A stretch of 32,000 nucleotides of DNA, taken from Candidatus Thorarchaeota archaeon. Lineage in GTDB: Archaea > Asgardarchaeota > Thorarchaeia > Thorarchaeales > Thorarchaeaceae. The position numbers were made by a program, and so were the translations under genes. Location: positions 60,001 through 92,000 of the forward strand of contig SHMX01000003.1 of the NCBI GenBank assembly GCA_008080745.1, in the 5' to 3' direction. The stretch's first letter is position 1; each line of letters begins with the position of its first letter. This document shows, one piece after another, positions 18,001 to 24,954 of the stretch. The notes beneath the pieces are model-generated. The model did no database searches and was not told the origin of the DNA. It was given only the letters and a program-made list of their open reading frames with translations.

Positions 18001-18797
18001 ACTCCTATTGGAGTTGTTGTATTGAATTTCAGTTTGAATGTAGTCCAATAATTTTCAGGTCCTACTTGATAACTAGAATTATCTGCATCCAACTCGACAA
18101 AGGAATCAACTGGTTCACCAAAGGCCATCCAGACAAATTCCTCAAGGCTTCCTGGTTCAGGAGCAAGTTTTGCCTCTGCAAGCTGAGCAATCGGACTTGA
18201 TGTGACTGAATCGGTACCTGTTGGTGGTTTTGGTTCTCCACCACCGCCACCATCATCTCCGCCCGTACCACCTTCCATGGTTGCGTTCTGAGAGGAGTAA
18301 ATCACCCAAGTATCTGTTGGTATCTCATAGATGCCCAAGAACACAATGCCATTTTGGCTAATTGGTCCTTCCTGCATCTGTTCAGATACATTCCAATACA
18401 TTCCCATCAGAGCGATGGAATGAGGAACTTTTCCTTGGAGGGCATTCATTGGTAGTTTAAGTTGGAAGTTAGCCCAACCGTCTACTTCTAACTCATCAGT
18501 AAGAGAGATGAGAGAATTCGAGCTGGCATTTCTAACAGACCAAGTAATCTTTGGCCCGAATTGCCAGTGGCTATGTTGAAATGACTCCTGCCATTCTTCG
18601 CTTATCGTACCCTGATCCCAATTAACATAGGTATAATTGGTTGGTAAAGCAGAAGGACTAGATATTCTAGATTCTGCAAAAGATTCTAAGGAAGTATCAG
18701 CTACACTTGTGTTTGTACCCATAGGCACATACGTGAGTGATACTAAGAATAGTACAATAGCGAACAGTGACAGTATTCTACTGTTCGATGTAATCAT
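12006..18797 (-). CDS. Giant secreted, C-terminally membrane-anchored surface glycoprotein (paralog A, about 2263 aa)
   Basis: Signal peptide; colinear blocks shared with 5859..11765; more than 50 sequons by hand count; three Ig-like repeats, TTTTTT linker, TM helix and KRRG tail. Start set at ATG 18797 after GAGGTG (the ORF track uses GTG 18803). Confidence 0.92.
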   Translation of the reverse strand: MITSNSRILSLFAIVLFLVSLTYVPMGTNTSVADTSLESFAESRISSPSALPTNYTYVNWDQGTISEEWQESFQHSHWQFGPKITWSVRNASSNSLISLTDELEVDGWANFQLKLPMNALQGKVPHSIALMGMYWNVSEQMQEGPISQNGIVFLGIYEIPTDTWVIYSSQNATMEGGTGGDDGGGGGEPKPPTGTDSVTSSPIAQLAEAKLAPEPGSLEEFVWMAFGEPVDSFVELDADNSSYQVGPENYWTTFKLKFNTTTPIGVYQISAVALDENLGTLAESEHDELSARAVGMSFDEVIQQGAGGYYYWDRYDDDGNPVYSATRGVDFNMTAKIKSDNPGAVIVYIELPQSVEDEEWVYGPYTETQEVTGGWEYNSTTDTYYWNDTVSVTTTVYKNGFHWETRTKWIDPGKEYRQVHYEWSGSDWFIQHEWTSFAWARQALIFNFSDGTWSSKYSYTIDNETLVVDPNDPSGYSPQWYQETIYEPWPTNSEAPKPYILNTTTSENYTLGGYDYVTFRGHISEEILPTGDNSNPLWVEEKVLSTDGKRLAPFVYLPTASSTDESSYQALRQLSVESPIAVVRLTHDGQPYDPSWMFAVDHGDAFEVKSRLQGGAEYASDIDGVAFVLRAWDHKWGSNGTSDWSQYSEVEIYVKGSPEGNFQVKAYNFTERTSYEYSSYWDWQEIEIVPGVWEWQLVEITGWHWEHKIWNFTANDWTTKWVPRKSNATVMPGTFLIAENLTYTTIGNDLRIIFDIEVQSDMPDMEWEWDYFYGNLSLVTDYESEWGEHTLVGWVTDSVYSYENGTDRYFVDTPNQEPVMRNNVTDELYEVRKDHWIHIDGQKHYVRTLTQTDQSGYTWDTVIYEEWDDDGYDPSTGSYTGNWIYYYRLLNGTKIYIESGYQSRIFNTTFSDGTWFLSSMNASDWRFYADWKLSEQEYIYALNGTKIFADWSTWATATIVNMNDTTPVQEGNLVVYANGTIPINVATEPFWQFDHYVLYVNQTWEELKVYDMYCPLTDNWEYYYYNGSDLNWLFRGPWPHRMYQGSWNGYDITLPKDAVDFYAYTEIGSNHQQLPYPGAEVWDFWDLKYKTPADTRVYIEEQWVEAIKEEVKYTDALYGYEYSGFIATVGATDYNLTWYGTNENYRWDPIESEYPWVTTNRDGMFIPDIRHHDWTVAYGTTNPQTREFEVQGWLDLVSGYLNNQNDAAIYNWNNTAAPAYQYVETIDGTYLNYTTLQRGYFYNITLENGTSIYTGDPYVADKAVEKYDIEADRYYYEPEFWYVYDLNGTMHKWYDWQKFTIEVMEPDDYDNATNIGQFLFNSYWYNYTNYTVDYWNIDIQNWTSNSDYWNLEIEDYVALVNSTDTFEIVSLSEGGRNYNLPSFNFSHNAQEYVIKGSRDMIYKAYKVWGHSKKLDYVPLPISIVREQWSFVTGSPEFGMWGVDTWTTNPNNGAIDLDGNLDTTDDQFFVRNTWNSTETYNITQEYLKVDITWDPNSTLIGDEVYMSSYTGMYTVNWTGYWWDNFTWYEVETGEVVNSSRFDLINTTVFNSEGHPNAGYWGVAWMAENFTSADLKQQAIEEGWAWAVEDSREWSWLWWEISEDYQTEYVNGSDTVYADVSIWYEYAGMFAWNDTDDSTIMELNTASMDDSEITHYWMPVDVESVSFVRPGEAWGNSSDTGEAYRAVDETITFGVTFNNVSGIVFPFGEYSYWDWYQGQYYGTDLNSFDSRPSGASVDQIGITVNFSGEITGQSTNNAEIKYDMTVGNWDVDAPGGRSVLDGYSLGLAFYSDVSIVLGDTPYNATYHDDFDSQLENTGTSASSNFTAKLFGSVPIAAMNLGGSPYTWAKNASFNATVDSQTVPLSAFEATYMSDVGGTATTFSVSSNQFYTLINFKWWDGYKVTVDPVFVGYSSSGTSDATSPTVDSITESGTVNNLHLDIEVSDVGSGVSDVLVMNTDTNANVSATFNTASNRWEADISRSQAGQYDYNYVVVAIDGADNEGVSSQQSYTFPDNIDPQITNQSVRNGTDSEGKEIAIVSADVTDTGGSGLSEVILTYSDSQSVEHNVTMTVTSGDTYEGTIPNQPEDSYVSFHVLAIDGAGNGVESDSDTFHFYASGPDVSGPSVLDVSIEPSTPRPDDVVTVSATILDSTGVDDVILQYRIGSGDWINVTMTGSGDVYSGDIPAQAVGTTVTYRIVAYDTLGNENVCNTHSYTVQEEPTDTTTTTTGPGPSTPIDVGTLMMVAAGVAGVVVILLIVVLIKRRG
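12148..13049 (-). repeat. Three tandem Ig/FN3-like units (about 100 aa) forming a membrane-proximal stalk
   Basis: Units start DATSPTV (13049), DNIDPQI (12764) and DVSGPSV (12446). They share V.D..GSG(V/L)..V, Y.G.IP (units 2 and 3) and V.A.D..(G/D)N. Confidence 0.75.
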
Positions 18798-18921
18798 AAA
18801 CACCTCATATTTTGAAGTTCGTAATCATCTCAGCGTGCTGGCCATATGTTGCGAAAGATCATATCGCCATAATCCTGATAGATGATATTTACTAATTTCA
18901 ATCTCACAACTCATAATATAA
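18798..18921 (-). promoter_or_regulatory. Putative promoter and structured 5' leader of paralog A
   Basis: TTATAT at 18921-18916; complementary segments 18886-18875 and 18833-18824; GAGGTG RBS before the ATG. Confidence 0.35.
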
Positions 18922-18965
18922 GCCTACTTTGGGTGAAGGTGTGCGATTTTTTGAAGAATAGTCAC

Positions 18966-18999
18966 AAAAAGAAAGAATGGTACCGGATTTCTCCGGTAC
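18966..18999 (-). terminator. Intrinsic-terminator-like hairpin after the SpoIIM-domain gene
   Basis: Perfect 8-bp stem GTACCGGA-GAAA-TCCGGTAC (GNRA loop) then CATTCTTTCTTTTT, 9 nt after the TAA. Confidence 0.7.
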
Positions 19000-19008
19000 A
19001 TCAAACTA

Positions 19009-21669
19009 TTACATGTTCAGAAATAACCAGGCAAGATGTCTAACCAAATGGGATATCTCTGTTTCAACAAGTGCAGCAATTGCGAGGAAGAAAGCACAGA
19101 AGAGATAAGTCCTCCATACCCTACCATCAGTCAGAAGCTTTCTTGTTTCTTCAGGAATCTTCTCAAATTCCTCAGCCATGATACTGGGAGTGAGTTCACG
19201 AGCAATTCTCAATGATGCTGCAGCAACGAAGAGAAATGCTGGAATCTCAATGATAGCATGGGGAAGAATTCCTGCCCAGAATATCAAAGGATCTGGTTGC
19301 ATCATTGCAAGTCCACCAACGGTTAATGCTGTTGAGAGTACTTCAGATATTGCCAAAGCCATTAGACTGAATTTGATGTATAAGAGAAGTGTATCCTGTT
19401 GTTGAACTTCGGGTTTGTTAAAGAACACTGCTTTATACAATAAGGCTATGACCATTGGAAGCACTATCAATGCAATTAGAGTAAATTGGTCGTCATATAC
19501 AAAATACTCTAAGACAAATAGGACTAACAAGGGTGGGAACCACCAACCACCATCGGTTCCACGTATCTTGTTTATCAACCATATCAGGAAATATCCCAAG
19601 AATAAAATTCCCAATAGAATGCCAACTATCATTCCAATAAAAGCCTCGGCTGTCCATGGTGGTGTTAGTGCTACAGTGGAATTCAGGAGTATCAAAGACA
19701 CTATCAAACCTGCAGCCATTGTGAAAATCACAATAAATACAGAGTAGAGTGCATTGGTTTTTTCCTCATGGCCTTGTCTTCTGACGGCAATCAGCCAGAG
19801 AACCAGTGACCAGAAGACAGGTCCGATTAGAAGCATTAGCAATGTTCGTATCAGGTTGTGCTCCAAGATGATAGGGAGTATTGAACCTGTGGCTGCAATA
19901 GTCCATTCTCCAAAGATAAACTCAAGTCCATTCGGGTCGCCTATCTCTGTTAGGACGGTATATACAAGATAGTCCAAAATTCCTGGTGGAATAATATAGG
20001 ATAATAGAGCTATACCGATGGCTGAAATAATTAAACCACCAAAGAACATGTATACAACATCTTTAATGTCGCGCACATGCACATTTACCAAAGGTCCTGA
20101 TTCAATGCCATGTTTTTGACGATATCTATCACTTGAACGGAGATAGTACATGACAAACATGGTTCCAAAGATGTATAATGGAACATTGATCAGAAACTCA
20201 GACATATACCTAAACAATGCATCAGCTTCTGTTGGAAGCGCAATTAATGGTCGAAGGCGAACTATCTCTACTGAAGCATATTCCATTGGTGTAGGCGAAA
20301 TTCCTAAAATGTAGTCCAAGCTTGGAAATACTATCCAAGTTACAACTGCTAATAGAAATCCACCAATAATAGCAAATCCTTCAACACCACCAGAAACACG
20401 TTTTCTACTGAAGTGTCCCACAACCCCCAAGAATAGAATCATCAAGAAGGGTATTGCAAGTATTAGTAATACCCAACGAGTGGCATTTATCAGTGCCATA
20501 TTGCTTGAGGCATTCATTAGTATTGACGCAACAGTAGAATCAACTTGCCCTGGTAAATAGTTGTATGTGAAATTGTTATTGACAGAAAAGTGAAGAGTTG
20601 CTGCCATAATGGATCCTACAAAGGCTGCAATACCGATGGTAGAGATAAGTACAGAAGCGCCATAATTTGCAAGAGCAGCTTTGAAGTCAAACTCTGATGC
20701 TTTAGATCTAAGCTGAGTGAGAGCTTCAAAAGTACGCTTATAGAAAATAACTGCAAAATCTTCAACCAACGGGAATATTATGATAGCAAATAAAACGGGT
20801 GGAAATGCCAAGACAATTCCAACAAAGTATTGGAATAATACTGTGTTCAGACTGGCGGGATCACCAATCAATCCGTAAATGGAAAATCCAATGGTTCCAA
20901 GAGATAAGAGAAGATTCAGCCTGAAGAACCACCCTAGTACACCGCGCATCATTTCTTCGCCAATCTTCTTATTTCCTAAAGTTAGTCCTGCACCTTTTGC
21001 AATCCTATTAGATGCGGGATAACCAAACCGGTATATCCATGTAAGAAATACAATGATACCATATCCATAGAATGACTCATAATACCCCATGTATACACCG
21101 ATAGAGGGTAAGAGAGTAGCAAGTCCGATTATTAGATAATCTTTCCATGCATCACTATAAGCCTTAGAGATTATCTCTGGATTTAGAGGTTCTTTATCAG
21201 GGATATCAAACTGGATATTGTTTAATCGGTCACGGAAACCTGAAAAACCATCGGTCTCGGGCTCATGTCCAATAATCCTTTTAATAAGATTTGAAAAAGT
21301 TCGTTTCATAGGATCTTGTAGAGCCAATTTTATTGCTAATACTAGCATTCCAAACAAAACAGCAAAGAATGCTACCATAACCCACGTTAGAAAGTCTTGC
21401 AGTGCACTAGCAAAATGAAACAGATATTCCAATGCGAAGAGGTTCCAGAAACCACTATCTGAAACGGGGGAAGTGAACCCTCCAACTACTCCAATAGGGT
21501 AGTACCAAATATTCCATATATAGAAGAATATTGCCCGAACATAGAGTACAGCTAGAAAGGCTTCAATGTACCTGTTTCGTTTTGATCTAAATAGAAGTAG
21601 ATAAACTATTGTCGAGATCAAAGCGGGAGCTAATTCAAACAAGACAGTTGCTAAGTTTAGTTCTGCCAT
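19009..21669 (-). CDS. Large polytopic membrane protein (about 20-22 hydrophobic segments) with C-terminal SpoIIM-like domain
   Basis: SpoIIM (PF01944)-type signatures ILEHNLIRTLL, GILPHAIIEIPAFLFVAAASLRIA and FLAIAALVETEIS. ATG 21669 lies 5 nt after GAGGTG. Confidence 0.8.
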   Translation of the reverse strand: MAELNLATVLFELAPALISTIVYLLLFRSKRNRYIEAFLAVLYVRAIFFYIWNIWYYPIGVVGGFTSPVSDSGFWNLFALEYLFHFASALQDFLTWVMVAFFAVLFGMLVLAIKLALQDPMKRTFSNLIKRIIGHEPETDGFSGFRDRLNNIQFDIPDKEPLNPEIISKAYSDAWKDYLIIGLATLLPSIGVYMGYYESFYGYGIIVFLTWIYRFGYPASNRIAKGAGLTLGNKKIGEEMMRGVLGWFFRLNLLLSLGTIGFSIYGLIGDPASLNTVLFQYFVGIVLAFPPVLFAIIIFPLVEDFAVIFYKRTFEALTQLRSKASEFDFKAALANYGASVLISTIGIAAFVGSIMAATLHFSVNNNFTYNYLPGQVDSTVASILMNASSNMALINATRWVLLILAIPFLMILFLGVVGHFSRKRVSGGVEGFAIIGGFLLAVVTWIVFPSLDYILGISPTPMEYASVEIVRLRPLIALPTEADALFRYMSEFLINVPLYIFGTMFVMYYLRSSDRYRQKHGIESGPLVNVHVRDIKDVVYMFFGGLIISAIGIALLSYIIPPGILDYLVYTVLTEIGDPNGLEFIFGEWTIAATGSILPIILEHNLIRTLLMLLIGPVFWSLVLWLIAVRRQGHEEKTNALYSVFIVIFTMAAGLIVSLILLNSTVALTPPWTAEAFIGMIVGILLGILFLGYFLIWLINKIRGTDGGWWFPPLLVLFVLEYFVYDDQFTLIALIVLPMVIALLYKAVFFNKPEVQQQDTLLLYIKFSLMALAISEVLSTALTVGGLAMMQPDPLIFWAGILPHAIIEIPAFLFVAAASLRIARELTPSIMAEEFEKIPEETRKLLTDGRVWRTYLFCAFFLAIAALVETEISHLVRHLAWLFLNM

Positions 21670-21832
21670 AAACACACCTCGGTGTTATCTGAAGAGTACT
21701 TCAGCGTTAGCGGATAGAAAAAGCTTCGTTGGACGAACTACTTTCATCATATTATCGAATCACCGAAAACTTAAAATACTAAACAATAGTTAAATAGACC
21801 AGAGTATTCCTAAAACAGGAGAAATAATACAA

Positions 21833-22360
21833 ATGGAAATTAGTAAAGAATTAGCAGATATGATAAATGACCAACTGAATTTTGAAATCTACAGTGGTTA
21901 CATCTATCTTGCAATGGCGGCTTGGTTCGAGGACCAAAATCTTGCGGGTATTGCACACTGGATGGAAATCCAGTTTGATGAAGAATATGCACATGCAATG
22001 AGGTTTTGGAGACATCTTTACGAACGAGGTGCCAAGGTCGAATTGAAGGCTATTGAAGGCCCAAAGACTGAGTGGGCATCACCTCTAGAGGCATTTGAAG
22101 ATGCCTATGAACATGAGAAATTAGTCACCCAACGAATCTATAAAATTGGAGAACTAGCTGAAGAACAAAAGGACAGGGCAACTCTGTCATTTCTCAATTG
22201 GTTCTATGACGAACAGGTTGAGGAAGAAGACAAGACCATGGAGATTCGAGATCTACTGAAGATGATCGGTGATAGTATCCCGGCGCTTCTACAACTAGAT
22301 GCAAAACTGGGTGCAAGAGGAGAAGCTCCACCGGTACCACAAGAATCGACAGGTCCATAA
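21833..22360 (+). CDS. ftnA: Non-haem ferritin
   Basis: Ferroxidase motifs QLNFEIYSGYIY, EEYAHAMRF, EHEKLVT and WFYDEQVEEE. Confidence 0.95.
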   Translation: MEISKELADMINDQLNFEIYSGYIYLAMAAWFEDQNLAGIAHWMEIQFDEEYAHAMRFWRHLYERGAKVELKAIEGPKTEWASPLEAFEDAYEHEKLVTQRIYKIGELAEEQKDRATLSFLNWFYDEQVEEEDKTMEIRDLLKMIGDSIPALLQLDAKLGARGEAPPVPQESTGP

Positions 22361-22378
22361 AAACATCTTATGTATTGC

Positions 22379-22414
22379 GCGGCTCAGATAGCCGCCACTA
22401 CTTTTTCTTTTTTT
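22379..22414 (+). terminator. Hairpin plus T tract after ferritin
   Basis: GCGGCT-CAGAT-AGCCGC then CACTACTTTTTCTTTTTTT. Confidence 0.6.
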
Positions 22415-22470
22415 GCATTGATGGGAATAACTTATTTCCTACCGTTTCATTCAATTTCTCTGTGTCAGCC

Positions 22471-24465
22471 ATGTTACCAGAGAAAGTAATTGAATCTGTT
22501 AATGAAATTGTTTCAGGAATCCGAGCGAAAGATAACGTCGATAAGATTTCAGGATATCATCGAATACAAGTTACATCGGAGATTGATCAGGCGATAGATT
22601 GGGTAAAAGAAAATATCGATGGATTGGATAATGTCGAAACTAGAATTTTCGAGTACCAGTCAGATGGAAAAACATCTATTGAAACATGGGACTCATTGTA
22701 CTCATGGAGCCCAGATTCAGCTATGCTGAAATTGCTAGAACCAGAAGAAAAGATCCTAGCTGATTTTGGAGCTGAAAAAATATCTTTAGCTGCTCATTCA
22801 ACCACAGCAGATTGTGAGGCGGAGGTGGTTTTTGTAGGAAAAGGTGAAGAGGATGCAGATTATGAATCTAAAGATATCAAGGGTAAAGTCGTTCTCACTA
22901 CTGGTAAAGCAAAAACAGTACATAAGAGAGCGTGCATAGATCGGGAAGCACTTGGTGTTCTTACGTACATCCCCCCCTCTGGAAAGAATGAGTTAGCCGC
23001 AATTAGAAGATATGAAGGTCTCTGGCCCAACTTGGGAGAGGCGGAGAAGACAAAATTTGGCTTTGCACTAACACAGGCTGACGGTATAAAAATAAAAACT
23101 TGGTTGGATGACGGAAAAACTGTCAAAGTTAGAGCCCAGGTAAAAGCCGAGCTAGGTACTGGGAAACAAAGAATTCTCTCAGGATATATCAAGGGAAAAG
23201 ATGACTCAAAGGAAATATGGGCGTTCGCTCATATATGCCACCCACATCCCGGTGCGAACGATAATGCTTCTGGAGCAGGTGCATTAGTGGAGTCAATACG
23301 AGCCATTAATTATCTGATTAATGAAGGAATCATTCAACAACCTGAGTATTCTATTCGATTCCTCTGGGGAGCTGAATGGCATTCAACAATTCATCTCATC
23401 GATCAAGAAACGGACCTCTTAGAGAAATGCGTGGCAATGATAAATATGGATATGGTTGGTGCAAATCCCGCTTTGTCTGGAAGTGTAATGAAATTATATC
23501 GCACACCCTTCTCTTTACCCTCATCCTTGAACAATATTGTCAGATACTGGATGGAACACGAAGGAAAGAAACTACCAAAAGCTGCCAATGGGGGTTCAAT
23601 CACACCACATGTTTACAGATATAGTAGATATGGAGCAGGAAGTGACCACTTCCTCTTTACTGATGCAACAGTTGGAATACCAGCCGTGATGCTCAATCAG
23701 TTTCCGGATAAATTCTATCACACATCTACTGATACTATAGATAAGATAGACCCATCACAAATGGCTTACTCAACCAGAGTACTCAGTCTCTCTCTTCTAT
23801 CAATGGCTCTGAGAAAAACCATGTGCAAGGAGGTCCTATTGACCACTATCAGGAATGAGATGGTCGAACTTTTGCAAGAAATATCAATGAACGCTATAAG
23901 CAAGCTCGGGCAATGTATTGGAGACCCGGAGGATATCTATGCAATGGCGTTTACATTCTTGGGATACGTGAGAAATTTGGGATTTGCCACACTTGAAAAA
24001 GCGAAGACTGAATGGTATCTCATAAGTGAACAAGAGCAGCTAAGACAATCACTCAAGACAAGTATTGAGATGAGTTATACTGCAGAGATGGTGGTTTTGA
24101 GAAGAGCCTATGAGGGTGCATGTGCGGAGGTTGGACTTGAGGCAAAGGAGGAAGGTCTTATCGACTTGGATAAGGTAAGTTTTGAATTAGAGGTCAAAAG
24201 GACCTTTAAGTACGCCCTGAGTCCATCAAAAGTATTTGAGGTTGTAGGAGACGAAGCATCATACTATATTGAGAAAAGAATGAAAGATGAACACTACTTT
24301 GACAGAATAGACGAACTGATGAATCTCTCTGTTGAATGGGCTAATCTTGATAATATATGGAAACATTTAGCCTTCCAGTTCGGTTACTTTGAACAAAAGG
24401 AACTTTCCAAGATTGTAAGAGATTTAGAAGCTGGAGGACTTCTTGAAACTCGGAGTACTAGCTAA
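22471..24465 (+). CDS. M28-family Zn aminopeptidase-like protein (DUF4910-type) with PA domain
   Basis: Start moved to ATG 22471 (MLPEKV) because the upstream extension reads through the ferritin terminator. Motifs HICHP..GANDNASG, GAEW, INMDMVG, GSDH and FYHTSTD. Confidence 0.85.
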   Translation: MLPEKVIESVNEIVSGIRAKDNVDKISGYHRIQVTSEIDQAIDWVKENIDGLDNVETRIFEYQSDGKTSIETWDSLYSWSPDSAMLKLLEPEEKILADFGAEKISLAAHSTTADCEAEVVFVGKGEEDADYESKDIKGKVVLTTGKAKTVHKRACIDREALGVLTYIPPSGKNELAAIRRYEGLWPNLGEAEKTKFGFALTQADGIKIKTWLDDGKTVKVRAQVKAELGTGKQRILSGYIKGKDDSKEIWAFAHICHPHPGANDNASGAGALVESIRAINYLINEGIIQQPEYSIRFLWGAEWHSTIHLIDQETDLLEKCVAMINMDMVGANPALSGSVMKLYRTPFSLPSSLNNIVRYWMEHEGKKLPKAANGGSITPHVYRYSRYGAGSDHFLFTDATVGIPAVMLNQFPDKFYHTSTDTIDKIDPSQMAYSTRVLSLSLLSMALRKTMCKEVLLTTIRNEMVELLQEISMNAISKLGQCIGDPEDIYAMAFTFLGYVRNLGFATLEKAKTEWYLISEQEQLRQSLKTSIEMSYTAEMVVLRRAYEGACAEVGLEAKEEGLIDLDKVSFELEVKRTFKYALSPSKVFEVVGDEASYYIEKRMKDEHYFDRIDELMNLSVEWANLDNIWKHLAFQFGYFEQKELSKIVRDLEAGGLLETRSTS

Positions 24466-24954
24466 ATGTCAAAGAGTAAGAAACCATATTCAAAGGTCAT
24501 CTTTGCAGGAACATTTGATAGATTGCACGAAGGGCATAAACATCTCCTTCGTGTCAGTCTTAGCCTTGGAGACCATCTAGCTATAGGTATGACGACGGAT
24601 AAGATGCTTGAGCAAAAAGCAGATCGGGAATCAATCCAATCATATGAAATGAGATACAACAAGCTGATGGAATTTCTCAGAGAGGAAAATGTAGTTGATA
24701 GATGTGTTATTTTTCCAATCAGCACAATTGAGGGGGGTGCAGATAAGATGGAGGATCTAGATGCATTGATAATCTCTGATGATAGAAAAGTGTTGGAAAA
24801 CGCTTTGAGAATTAATCATCTGAGAGAGAAGAATGGTCTACAGAGATTTCATATTGTGATTGTACCTCTGGTCAAGACAGAGGATGGAAAACCGCTATCA
24901 TCAACACGAAAGAGACACGGAGAAACGTTCAGAGAAGAAGATGTTATTTACTAG
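24466..24954 (+). CDS. coaD: Phosphopantetheine adenylyltransferase (archaeal/eukaryote type)
   Basis: GTFDRLHEGH (HxGH), IGMTTD, ALIIS and LSSTR motifs; 162 aa. Confidence 0.85.
   Translation: MSKSKKPYSKVIFAGTFDRLHEGHKHLLRVSLSLGDHLAIGMTTDKMLEQKADRESIQSYEMRYNKLMEFLREENVVDRCVIFPISTIEGGADKMEDLDALIISDDRKVLENALRINHLREKNGLQRFHIVIVPLVKTEDGKPLSSTRKRHGETFREEDVIY

Noticed and set aside
5859-18797. Diversity-generating retroelement or recombinational phase variation acting on the giant genes
   Set aside because: No reverse transcriptase or recombinase, and no near-identical DNA repeat pair was seen; the paralogs are diverged at synonymous sites.
6206-18885. Many 60-170 aa ORFs overlapping the two giant genes on either strand
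   Set aside because: Shadow ORFs of long coding sequences, with no motifs and no independent RBS or promoter.
21701-21750. Box C (ATGATGA) and box D (CTGA) 50 nt apart on the minus strand, suggesting a C/D sRNA or K-turn
   Set aside because: No recognisable C'/D' boxes and no closing C-stem; such short motifs are expected by chance in AT-rich DNA.
22316-22360. Ferritin C-terminal extension (GEAPPVPQESTGP) as an encapsulin targeting peptide
   Set aside because: It lacks the L.(I/V)GSL-type consensus, and no encapsulin gene is in the window.
22375-22470. N-terminal extension of the peptidase ORF (MRGSDSRHYFFFF...)
   Set aside because: It translates the ferritin hairpin and T tract; ATG 22471 is the more plausible start.
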